A DNA stretch of 64,000 bases from positions 2,790,001 through 2,854,000 of the forward strand of contig JAYWIR010000024.1 in assembly GCA_036172245.1 (NCBI GenBank), read 5' to 3'. Below the pieces are notes generated by a model, which was given only the letters and a program-made list of their open reading frames with translations, ran no database searches and was not told the origin of the DNA. Positions 1 to 11,069 of the stretch are shown here, one piece after another. The DNA comes from Raillietiella orientalis (Eukaryota). A program made the position numbers and the translations under genes. Positions within the stretch are counted from its first letter, which is position 1. Every line of letters begins with the position of its first letter.

Positions 1-239
1 GCTGAGAAGTCTTAGTCACAAGAGCAGATCGCACTGGATGATGGAGGTGCTGACAATTGAAGAATTTTCATAGAGGAGGCAGGAAAAATGAAGCCTTCAG
101 GAGATATGGAAGACTTGTCGGTTAGCACTGTGGCTGGGCACCGAGGCGCTCATCTTCGCATGATGTGCGATCAGAGACTGTTGAACTTCACCTTGCAGTG
201 CAATGCAACCGACAACTTGACAGCTGTTCAGGCATAAAG

Positions 240-790
240 ATTTTTTTCTTTCTCTTTTTGGTTCGCTAAGTGCAGAAGAACCGTTCGCACACTCAAAGAG
301 GGCTCACGGAGCTCTTTAACACTGTCCACGTCACCCGAGGGTGCGAGTTCACTCTCCAAGTTAGGGGGGATACCCCGGGAGGAGACGACCCTATGAATCC
401 AGAGAGACCTCCTCAAGAAGGAGTCCGTTCGTCTCACGCTTGGGAGGCAACCCCGAAGGGAACCCTCGCCCTGGTTGTCGCTGAAGGGAATCTCGAAGGG
501 ATACCTCCAAATTTCTCTGAAGGGATGGTTCTGGGAAGCGCGAGTGACGAGCAAGCAGGCTGCAACAAGCTGGAGGAGGATGTGCTGTGAGCAGATCAAC
601 TCAAAGCCGTAAACGTGGGACGGTCTTCGAGACAACCGTCTTCCCGGCTCGCGACTGCCTTCGGAAAAGAAGCACCATCCGAGATAGTCCTCTCGGAGGA
701 TGGGAATCTCCGGCTTTCCTTGCGAAGGGGGCCAAGAAAAAATTCCAGGAAGAGTGGATCGGATCTGAAACTCCCACAAGGAAGAAACTC
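240..790 (-). mobile_element. tSINE copy (body and A-rich tail, head missing), site 2 empty
   Basis: Shares CCCTATGAATCCAG..GGAGTCCGTT..CCTGGTTGTC and GTTCGC blocks with 18880-19090, 25280-25483 and 45763-45960 (reverse complement). No credible ORF. Confidence 0.7.
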
Positions 791-829
791 CATCTAAGAA
801 GAAGGAAAATTAGAGGAGTGGTACCGCCT

Positions 830-1160
830 ATCGAAACTGAAACGAGCCAGCGGTGGATCAGAAAGTTCCATAAGACCAGGAGGCAATGGAGCAGCTCCAT
901 GTGGAATCCCATCCTGTGACAAATCGACCATCAGTGAACACCAAGATACGCATCAAGTGCTGCTGCCGATCGTCCTTTGCTTTTTGCGGATCACAACGAC
1001 GTGGACCTGGCACAGCGTGGAACGTTCCAGATCCTTGAGAATATGCAGAAGACACCAGGGAGTTTTCTGTGATCCACCCTAACCCCTTCTTAAAGAGACG
1101 AGCTTTTTCGTTTTTCGTTTTTATTTATTCGTTTTCTTCTTTTCGACTTCCACTTTTTTC
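830..1160 (+). pseudogene. L1/Tx1-like LINE 3' remnant
   Basis: Translates to ..GTFQILENMQKTPGSFL, resembling the C-terminus ELASILRRTRRTPGSVP of the copy at 63139-63708. A T-rich 3' UTR follows. Confidence 0.4.
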
Positions 1161-1339
1161 CCTGGTTGGACCTCGCGACGAGAGCAAGCTGCTCGCTGTA
1201 ACTGGCGCAAGCGGGCGACAGAACACCCACGCGTGTTCCTCCATGAGCGACGCAGTTGTGCGGGGCAGGTGACACGCACTTCGCCCGCGGAAGTGGACGC
1301 AGAGAGGATAGAAGGAAGTCCTTAGCGCTTTGCTGCATT

Positions 1340-3156
1340 CATCATCAGAATGGGGACTCCCGTGACTCCTCTCCAGGAGGGCCAATGTCTGGAACGATGC
1401 TTGCATCTGCATCCGTTCAGAGAACCAGTTCGGTCCCGCATCCCGGTGAGGAGGAACCAGGTACTTCAGTCGCTCCCATGGATCTGGAGAACCCCCACAG
1501 GGTTTGCTGCATCGGGCTGATGACCGACAGCGCACCGACACTTTCAGGGACAAACAAAAAGGAAGGACACGAAAAGAGGCTAGGCAGAGGTGCTTCCCCT
1601 CGTGGGACGAAAGTTCGCTGTCAGGAAAGGGGGCTGATGGATCAGCCCGGGGAGAACGAACCCATGGGTACTCCAGGTAAGTAAGGGAAGCTGCCACGGA
1701 GGAATAGACCGAATGCCACCGATTTTCGACCCCTGACCCGGGAGCCGGCACCCTTGCGCGCGAATTCGAAAACGTCCAGGGCGAGGCTGCAGTTGTGTCC
1801 TCAGGCAGTGGAAGAAGCAATCTGTCGGCACGGGAGAGTCTCTCCTGGAGTGTCATCGGGGCTCGACAGGAGGCAGGCTGGAGTGAGCCGGTGAGAGTGC
1901 AGTTCAAGTGCGAGGGAAAGGATGAAGGGCTCAAACCGCCTCCCTGTCGAATCTTTCCTGTGACCTCAATGCCCCCGGCTAGAGGGGCATCGAAGTAGAT
2001 TTTTCTCTTTGCTCCACAGCGAGTTAGGGTAACGCAGAAGACTGTCTGGAAATCCACGCCGTGGGGACAGCAGCTTGACAAGAGTCGGTGCTCCTTTCTG
2101 GAGCGCTGTCTTGAGCGAAACTCCCTCACAGCTTGCACTGCTTCTGCAGGTGGGCTATGGCCTCTTCCTCGCACTCGGAACCACTCACAGGAACAGAGCA
2201 TGTTGGCATCCACGGTCTGGTCCGGCCCCGCGTAGGCCTGCTCCGAGATCATCCCGGATTTGGCCACCTGCCTACTCGCGCTCTCCACACACCTCCGTGG
2301 GGCAATTTGACATCCGCACTGACAGGTGTGACGGAACGCCACTGCAGTGCGAGTCCCTCCCTCTTTCGGTAGAAGGGGACCTCCAGTTGGTCTGGCGGAG
2401 ACAGACAGGTTCTTGGTCTGTCTCCTGGATCAGCAGTGCCAGCCTGCGCACCGAGAACGCGGGTTCTGCAGCAGAGTTGGCAGGACTTGGTAGGCAGGCC
2501 GTCTGGAACCTAGTGCAGTTCTTCCGAGACCTCCGACAGCAGCCTTGATTCTGCTGATGGTGTGGGGGTTCATTGAGCTAGTTCCTGGGAGCTACTCTTT
2601 TGACGACCCTGTGCTCAGTGTCCTCGAGGAGCTGTCGCCAGGAGGCTACCGCGCGTCGTCCTTACTATCGATATCCCTAACTGCGTGCGTCTCCCGTGCT
2701 TCGGCGCAGCACACACTCGGACTTCAGATCTCAGCAGATCTTCCACACCCGACTGCTAAGTTCTTCCTCCGGCAGCGCAGCGCACTTCACCGGGAGCGTG
2801 GTAGCAGGCTGCCTGCAGAAAGGGAAGGCTTGGAGGAAGACTTCGTTCCTGCTCTACGGCAAAGCCTGCCGGGAGAAGACGCGGAGAATGCCACTCACAA
2901 AAGCGGCATGTGGAATCTTTAACGGAGTTCCGGTCTCTCTCCCTGTGGATGGAGCAGCCCTCGAGAAAGGTTCGCAAGGATCTCCGGAGCGCGCGCGCAC
3001 CGAGATCTTGGAGCAGTTCAACAAACTCCACGTATGCAGACTTGGGAACTTGCCCAAACTGACAAATAAAGGTGGTATAATGCCGCTGAGCGCCGCAAGA
3101 CCTGGTACCTATGCCCACTGTTGACTCGGAGGTGGCCAGTGTCCCGAAGGAGTGGC
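1340..3156 (-). pseudogene. Degenerate L1/Tx1-like ORF2 (linker plus reverse transcriptase)
   Basis: RT motifs occur in order across frames: WRSVTPVSADVK (~WRPITLLNxDxK), VDFQTVF (~DFxKAFD), EVTGKIRQGGGLSP (~RQGCPLSP), PEDTT (~YADD), TYLEY (~YLG), WERLKYLVPPHRDAG (~LxxPxxxGG). Confidence 0.8.
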
Positions 3157-3198
3157 CCGAAGCATCTTTCAGTTCAGGGACGCTGATCCCCCGAGCCT

Positions 3199-3844
3199 GC
3201 CTGCGTCGGAGACCATGCGGCTGCGGTCTTCGCGCGACAGCAGCAAGAGTCTCAGGCTCGAATACTCGACAAAAAGCGATGCCGAGAGATGGGGGGGGGG
3301 CGTCGTGGGTTCGAGTTCCTCCTCAAGATGACGCTAGTTGACCTCTATTCGGGTGCAGCACCGGTAGCGGTTCAAACCGGATGCCCCCGATGAAGACAGG
3401 AACAATAGGAGTCGACCTCTGGGTCCTTCTAGGAAGCAGAATCAAAGAGTGGGAGTTTCCCTCCGGTCGTGCAAAGGAGCGAAGGAGCGGACCTTCCCTT
3501 CGGGGGCTCTCCGTCTCGTACCATGGAGTAGGTGTGGCACCTCTCCAGAGTGCAGAGAAGTGTTCCTGCTCCCTTCGGGGAGCGCCGTTCTGAGAAATTT
3601 CGTAAGCATCCCTTCGGGATTCTCTTCAGAGGAGCGAAGAGGGAGCGGACCCTTCAGAGTCTTGTCTCCGAAGGGACCCCTTAGAGTTCCCTTCGGAGAC
3701 AACCAGGGTGGAGCTTCTATTCGGGGATCTCTCCCCAGGCTGGAGAGAAACGGACTCCCTTCATAGTGCTCTCCTCCAGGGGTACTCTTATTTTGAAGAC
3801 CTGGTCCCTATGTCCATTGCTGAGTCGCAGGTGTCCGCCGCCGT
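3199..3844 (+). mobile_element. tSINE copy without LINE insertions (tRNA-like head continuous with body)
   Basis: The head (GGGTTCGAGTTCCTCCTCAAGATGAC..TTCGGGTGCAGCACCGG) runs directly into the body (AAACCGGATGCCCCC..GTCCTTCTAGGAA..CCCTTCGGG repeats). GGAGACAACCAG occurs once at 3695-3706. Flanked by ~41-bp imperfect direct repeats. Confidence 0.75.
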
Positions 3845-5099
3845 CCGAAGCAGTTTTTAGTTCAGGGACACCGTCATCCCCAAAGCCGGCCTGCTATAGG
3901 AGAATCACTTCACGTCCGGGGGTTTGCCGAGGGCTCTTCATCTTATACTCTCTTGACCAAGCTTCACCGGCGAGAAGCGCCAACTTTGCTGACCACTGCC
4001 TCCGTGAGAGTCGAGCCGGTTTTCGCCATTACGAAAATGGCGATTGCAGGGAGTCCGTCCGCACTCCACGGCCGAGGACTCTGTGCGAACGAGAAAAGGT
4101 TGCTGCGATGACCGCGGAAAAGGAAAAGGCGGCGACGATGCCCTCGGGTGTCTGCTTCGAGACGGCTCGCGGAAGCGAGGTTTCCAGAGCGCGTGGCGCT
4201 CTGAAATCACCTCGTGTTGTCCAGTGACTGCAGTTACCGGGAGCGATTTCTCAGTCCGAGTCGGACCCTGGGATGCCGAACAGCTCGGAGTTGACTTCGT
4301 CAAAGGAGCATTTGAGCGGTTCAGGGAACACAACCAAACGAGGCAGTGAGGAAGGGTGGTTGCCACTTCAACGCAGGAGAGTCAAAACTTCGTGTTCTCT
4401 CCACGCTGGAGAGGGTCGTCCGCACCTCCGCTGCAAGGCGGATGCTTCCGTGAGAGACTCACAGGCCAGAAGAGTTTTCAAGATCTCCAAGCCGAAGAGT
4501 ACGTTGCCAGGCAGTTTTCTGTACTTCCTAGCAAAGAGTCGGATGACAAGCAGCAGCCGAAGAGAACCGAAAGAACAGTGTCGTTGCGCAACTCGAGTGG
4601 GTCAAAGACAGCTAGCCACGAAGGAGTTTTCAGCTTTGATCCATCGAGCGTTTCGTTTTCCTGATGCATGGAAGATCATTCAGTGTCTCCTAGCAACGAT
4701 CCGCATTGATTTACCGGTTCTGCCCGTCTCAACGCTGACCCAACGAATTCCCTCAATTTTTCAGACAAGACGGATGCTGTCCATTCTTTAGAACCCATCC
4801 ACAGACCCACCGGTCGGATTCCCATCTCCGCAACCATTCGTCTCGACAGCCCGTCAAGAGAAAGTTTGGTGGAGAACTATTCCGCCGAGAGTTCGCAGAC
4901 GACCTCGCCGAAGGAAGGGGTTAGGAGGGGGGGGGAGGCATTGGCTGCAATCAGAGAGCTCCCCCCACAGCAGAAGAACAGAGTGAACAAGGATGGACTC
5001 CTGGTCTTGAGAGATGCCAAAAGTCTCTAAAGTCCCACCGACTCGCAGATCTGGTCCTACCGAGGTCTGCAGCGGAGTTCAGCGGAGTTCTGTCAGCGG

Positions 5100-5210
5100 A
5101 GGCTCTTCAGATTAGAGGGTGCTCCGGAGGAACGTAGCATCGCATCCAAACCCTAACTCTTCAGGCGAGCCGAGTCACCACTTTCCCACCACCCGCATTT
5201 CATCCCAGTA
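5100..5210 (+). repeat. Repeat matching 6370-6500 (tSINE-related variant end)
   Basis: CTCTTCAGATTAGRGGGTGCTCCGG..AACGTAGCATCGCATCCAA and CCCGCATTTCATCCCAGTA occur at both positions. Confidence 0.7.
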
Positions 5211-6269
5211 AAACAGTCAGCAAGCCAAAAAGGAAACATGGAGCGCCACCAGTTGCTCCTGGACATGCTCTGAGCGTCCCTCTGGAGATGCGCGTTTGCT
5301 CCCCCCTCTTTCCCTAGTGCTAGACCGGAAACATGAGTTTGTTGTTTCGGAGAGGCATAAGCGCGTGCTCCGAGCAGCTGGTCGGAGGTCTGCAGACCCA
5401 TGGTCAAGAGTGGGGAGTTCGGAGTTCTTCCCACGTGCGCTCTTGGGAGTTGGAGGAGTGGCTTCTCCCCCTATCGAGGAGGACAGGGCAAGTGGAAGGC
5501 GAAAACGGATCTTCCGCATGTTGGCGTCATCCCTCGGGGGAGAGGGTGGCAACCGCCATCCGAGCTGAACATCCGCAGATAAGCCGGAGCAATCCCGAGG
5601 TCTGTATTTTGAAACTTCCGGCTCCGGTTTCAGAGGAGGACGTCAGAGAATCAGAGCTCGAGCTACGGCCGGGCTTGCCGTTACGAAAGTCCAGCGGCTG
5701 GGAGAGGAGCTGTTGCCTGGCAACCCGACTGTCGCGCTGACGTCACTAGAAGAAAACTACGGAGACTGGACATTCCGGGTGACCCAGGCGGCGCTTTTAG
5801 GGAGGATGGAACCAGGGAAGGATGGGAGGTCGGTCCAGAAACCTCTCCTTCGGTGACGAAGATTCAGTACAATCACCATTCGTCTTCTGAATCGAGGCCG
5901 CCGGCGCGAAGTTCGCATTCAATCTACGAGATGCTTTCGCGAGAGGAGCGTCCGTCTCATATCTCACGGTGGAGGAAGGAGAGATGCTCCCGTCGTTCCT
6001 TCAGCGCGCTGATCTCGAGTGAAGGCACGGGCGTGCTCACGCATTCCACTGAGAGCACCCTCCTCGGTGGTCAAGAAGGTTTCCAGGACAAGGATCTCTA
6101 TGACTCTTGCCGCTTTTTCGGCCCCTGGGGTCATCGCAGTGCTCGGAGGCGTGCAGAGCTTTTTCGTGCAAGAATGTCGGACGCTCTCCTCTCTCCCCCC
6201 CCTCCTCGCCGTCGCCGCCACCATCGAACCCTTCTACTGCGTGACCGCATTCCAGGACCAGCTTCCATG

Positions 6270-6500
6270 ACTCCATTCCAGGTCGGACTGGAGTCTCCCA
6301 GGCATAGGAAGAACGGACTCCTTCCTCCGGACCCTTCCTGGATTCGTGGAGTGGTTCCTTCCCGGACTGACTCTTCAGATTAGGGGGTGCTCCGGGGTAA
6401 CGTAGCATCGCATCCAACCCCCCGCTAACCCTTAGGCTAACTCCTCTAAGGACTAACTCTTAGGTCTCCTCTAAGGACCCCCGCATTTCATCCCAGTAGC
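6270..6500 (+). repeat. tSINE body fragment with variant 3' end
   Basis: GAACGGACTCCTTCCTCCGG..CTGGATTCGTGG matches the tSINE body at 45800-45860. The distal part is shared with 5100-5210. Confidence 0.6.
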
Positions 6501-7047
6501 AGTAGCGCCATCGAGGATAGAAGAATCTGAGAGAGTTCTCTACGAGGCGACTCTCCTGGATGTCTCGCTAATCCACTATTCCTCCTCTTCCACCTCCTTC
6601 GTTCTTGCCCATCGCTGCCTGTCCATCACTAGGAGAGCAGGCAGCTGAAGTAACCGCAAAGGTCGGAGACTCCTACGCGAATCACCCGCCTCCGGATGCT
6701 TCGCGACAGATCTGGATGATCCCCTACAGAGGGAAGGCGCTACTGGGACTCAAAGAAACACAGGAAAATTTCCTACTGCTGCATGAGATGAGGGCCCAAC
6801 CCTAAGAGCCTGTTATGAGAACGGCCATCCATCTCTCGAGACAGTCCACGAGAGCAGGAGCGACCCTTGCGCGGTGGCAGACGCTTCTGTCAAGGTCTCA
6901 AGGTCATCCGAATGGAGCGGATGACCTCGATATCTTCGGTCCTCTCAGCCCTCTACTCCGCAGAGGAGGGGTCGGGAGCACTTGCCAGCACTCCCGTCTT
7001 TTGCGCGGGATGAGAGCAGGGACAGCCCTGTCGCCCTTCGAGCGAAG

Positions 7048-8975
7048 GCCCGCGTTGGCGGCCGTGTGGGTGCTGCTTCCGCGCGTGGCATCGAGCATCG
7101 TGGGTTCGAATCCCCGAGTGGTGGATCCACTCCAAGAACGAGGCGCGTCTTGGGTTTCGAGTTCTCCCCGCAAGATGACACTGGTTGGCCAGTAGACTTC
7201 GGGTGCGGCATTGGTTGACGCCCGGTCACTCCGGAGCATTTATTTATAAAATCAACAAACACGTCTGTGACACGACATTTGATCCTGCCACGTTACTCAT
7301 AACTACGAGAAGGAACCTGCCGGGAACCGACACGCAGGCCAGCGGGGTGCGCAACGTTCGCCTCGGCAGCACATGGGAAGGGGAGACAAGCAAAAAGAAA
7401 ACAAAAATAAAACAGTCAAAAAAGGAGGGAGAGGAGCGTGATTCGAGAAGAGATCGCTGTCTGCTGGAGGGCGTTCTCTGCATTCTTGTAAGGATGCCAG
7501 CAAGTTCCTGTTTCTATGGTTCCCAGATGGGGCCATCTTAACGCTGACCTCATGAAGAGGACAGCCAAAAAAATGGCGTCCCTGTCGTGTTGGTCTCTTC
7601 TCCATGCGGCCACGGTCCCGCTGCGTGGGCAGCAAAGTGCTACTAGGGATGCGGCCGGCGTGAGGGCGTCGCTCAGGAAAAGGCACTTTCAAACATCTCT
7701 GGCGTTGCTGCCGGGGGTTCCAAGGGTGACGGTAAAGCCCCCAAAGGGGCTGGAGGGCAACACAGTCCACTAGGAGGTGCGGGAAGGATTCCTCCTCCCC
7801 GCACGTTGCACAGTTTGGGTTCACACACACCCGCGTCCACAGATGCCGGTGGGCGTTGCACGGGAGGCCCCAGTGCAGCGGCATCAATGCCGACTCCTGC
7901 CACTTTGAGGGGAGGGTGCGGGTGTTCATGAGCACCGGGAGCCACCGCAGGTCTTCCTCTGGAATACCCAGCTGCAAAAGTCCACGAAGTCGAGCACTCG
8001 GGGTCGCAGCGTGGGTGAGCTGGTCCGTCGTCCACTCGCCCAGTCCTCTTCTCCTTCCGAAGATTTCCGCAGTAACCTCTCCCATTTTTCCCCGAGGTTC
8101 CTGTCCATGTGTTGCCTAAGGGAGGATAGTGAGGTGGCGAAGAAGATTCTGCTTGCCCACACACTCTTCGCGGGATCTTTCAGGATCTCCCGGAGCGTGC
8201 AGTTGCGCGCGTACAGGAAACGTCGCACCTGTTCCGCTCTTGGCTCCCCGCCCACTTGCGGACGGTTTTTTCTAGCCAGGCACTTCCATTCTCGGGGCAG
8301 CACGAGAGCCATCCGTTTTTCCTCGCCAGAGTGGTCAGCTGCCGCAGGTGCAGTCCGCAGTGGATGAGTCTGCATGGAAGGCGCGCAAGGAAGGACGCGA
8401 GTACCACGCTGCTGGTGGTTTGCTGGAAGAGAAGACGTGCAGGTTGGCACCAGGTGGGTGAGGCCTCAGTGGATGCCGGAAACCGGATGTCCCCGTCGAC
8501 TGGATGGGATTGGCAGTGGATCCCCCGGAGTCCTTCCAGGAATCGAGGGGCACCAGGATTCCCCTTCAGTAGTGAAACTGGGGTCGCCCCCTTCCCTCGG
8601 TGAGGATACTCCATCGATGGGATGGTTGATGGATACCTCTTCAGAAGAAGAGCGCTGTGCCCTTAGTGAAGCGTTCTTCAGACAAATCGGGAAGCGTCCC
8701 TTCGGAGTTCTCTTCAGAGGAGGAAACTAGGAGCGGATCCTTTCCAGGGAGTCCTCCCGGAGAAGAAATTCCAGGAGCGGATTCTTTCCAGGTTCCCTTC
8801 GGAGAAGAAATGAGGGACTCCCTCCGAAGGTCCCTCCGAAGAGAACAAGAAAGAAATTCCCTTCAGCATTCCCTCCCAAGCGTAAGAGGGAACGAACTCC
8901 TTCCCATCGGAGCCTTCCTGTATTCGGGGGGTGATCCCCTCCCGGACTCTACGGGGCTGCACTCCCGGGTTGCCC
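7048..8975 (+). mobile_element. tSINE copy interrupted at site 1 by LINE-A
   Basis: Head at 7048-7214 with B-box GGGTTCGAATCCCC at 7102 and a second box at 7152. The body resumes at ~8471 (AAACCGGATGTCCCC) after the LINE. Confidence 0.75.
7215..8470 (-). pseudogene. LINE subfamily A, 5'-truncated (~1.25 kb), zf-RVT/CCHC C-terminus and 3' UTR
   Basis: ORF 7303-8085 encodes LHWGLPCN..NPNCATCGEEESFPHLLVDC, the CxxC..HxxxxC motif typical of the L1/Tx1 ORF2 C-terminus. Terminal AATAAA-hairpin at 7221-7244. Confidence 0.85.
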
Positions 8976-9049
8976 GCCCCGAGGTCTTCCGTCGCACTGA
9001 TTTTTCGGAGGAACTCTCGGAGCCAGTTCCTTCCCAGAAGGAAAGGGGA

Positions 9050-10620
9050 AAGGGTGGATAGCGTAGGGTGGAAGTTCGCAGCCGGGTTCTCTGCTTCAAC
9101 CCACACGCCCCGAGAGGAGGAGGGCACGCGGGAGAACACCGGAGTCAGGATGCTGCGAACCTCACACCTGCATCCACAGCGCTTGCCGGGAGAACCGGTG
9201 ACCGTCGGCGGCATCTCTCTGGTCATCGAACGCTGCACACAGCCATCCTCAAGGTTCGCGCATGGCCATGATCTTTCAGATCTCGTGAAAGGCGGCGGCA
9301 GCACTTGTAGCGGATTTTCTCAGAGTTCCTTCGAAATGTGGAACTGCTCTTCTCTCCGCTAGATGGTAGGCGAATGCCCACCTGCAGAGCAAGACGTATT
9401 CACGATGTAGAAAAGGACTCTCCAGGGTATGGCATCCACTGATAAATAAGAATACAATCAATTTGGTGATAGGAGAAACTTCCGGTTACATTTCGCACGA
9501 GGTTCTTATCGAGGCGGCGCAAGACGGAGGACACCACAGCCTTAAAATGCCGGTGGCTCCTCTGAATCGGAAGGGGAGGAAGGAGAGGATTCGAATTCCA
9601 AGCCCCAGTTAGCCACAAGCACGTGCGTGTGGGAGTTAAAAACAAAAGAAGAAAACCGAAAGGATCGAAACTGAGGCGCAGAAAGCGTTGAGCAGCACGT
9701 GCGTTGCCTGGGAGAGGCCGCGATAAGAGCTCTCTCTGCCACCGCCGTGCACCTTCTCTCGAGTCTGATAATTTTTTTTTTCCTTCTTCTTCTTCTTTAT
9801 CTCTCGCCACTTCCTGCGAAAAGACGCAAAGCGTGTGATCAGCACCGACAGCTGCTGCTGCTGCTGCAGCAGCAAACCGTCCGCCGCGCAACCCGAATCC
9901 CGCCGCCGTTGTGGGAAGGTTAGTCTACAATGCTGCGAAGGGCTGGATCGGGCACTCCCGGAAGCTCCTGCTCCTTACCCCGGGCTTCCTCCACCACTGG
10001 ATTCAGAGCGGAAGGAGAGGACGATGGAGCGGGCTGGCGCACGGGAGCGGAGAGGGGGTGGGAGGTGAGGGGAGGGGCGCAAGGCGCCGAGGAGGAAGCG
10101 GCTGGCAACGGTGAGCGCGGTGCTCCTCCGTTGCCGCCCGCGCCACCGGAAGTGCGTCGAGAAGGGCCCGCACGGGACGCTGAGATTTGAGGGAGGTCCG
10201 GGAAGGGCGCAACACTCTCGTAACCCCTGGCTCGCAGAACAGCGCAGAACTTCCGGGCGCCTAAAAGATCTGCTCCACTCAGGGAGCGACGGGCAGGTCT
10301 CTCCGAGTCGGCGAAGCACATATCCCGACCAGTCTCTGGAGGAGGTCATCCACTGTGGCTCGTGGCAGGTTCCCCCCAACCGGGGGTAGCCCAGGAATCC
10401 GTCGGAAGGTGTTCCATCTCTCCAGAGTGACCTTTGCGGTGTTGGTCCATTCATTTCTGATGAACGGATGAAATTCACGGTAAGAAAAGGCCTGAAACGA
10501 AGGGGGCAGAGCCTCACTAGGGACAGGAATAGGGGAGCAGTTGGGAGTGAGGAGGCACCGACAACAGGCACATGGCAGCTTCACTGTGACGGTCGTGATT
10601 CTCGAAGGCATCGGAAGAAA
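9050..10620 (-). pseudogene. Older degenerate L1-like ORF2 (end of endonuclease, linker, RT)
   Basis: Weak ordered motif remnants: TTVTVKL..FHPFIRNEW..ERWNTFRR (post-endonuclease linker), HFKAV (~DFxKA), AAAFHEI (~AYADD). Confidence 0.45.
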
Positions 10621-11069
10621 TGGGGCGCCGCTACTATCCCGCCGGTAAGCTCCAGTTCGCCCCGCAATCGTCCTCGTGTCGTCTTTCAGCTCGGGCAGTG
10701 CCGTCGTAGTAGGGATGGCGCCTAAGCCCTACGGCGTTCTTCCACTTTGGCAGCCACCTCGACCACACGTGACAGAAGGTAGCTGATAAGCGGGAGTTCC
10801 TCCCTTCCAGCTTCGCTGAGGCCGTTGGTGCGCCAGGGGAAGGCTTCCTGCCATTCTGCAGTGCGCGTCACCCCCTGAGGATCTTTCTCTCCGAGGGATG
10901 TGGCTCTCCTCTTTCCGAGGGAGATCCCAGCTCACCAGCAAGATACTGGTGTGCTGATGCGGATCCCGAATTTTCCTCCGAGAAATCAAACACCCCACGG
11001 AACCACCTTTCCAGGTCTCAGCAAGTCCTGGCGTGATCTCCCCATCCTGGAATTCTCAGAGGAATTTCG

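Noticed and set aside
6415..6480. Telomeric (TTAGG/TAACC) array
   Set aside because: Only scattered, mixed-orientation words, not a tandem array.
7048..7125. Functional tRNA genes at the GGTTCGAATCC sites (7102, 14186, 26102, 43778)
   Set aside because: Acceptor and anticodon stems are not conserved or paired between copies, and all copies continue into the same downstream repeat.
8690..8870. CRISPR-like array in the CCCTTCGGAG/AAGAAAT subrepeats
   Set aside because: The repeats are degenerate, lack unique constant-length spacers and sit in eukaryotic repeat context with no cas genes.
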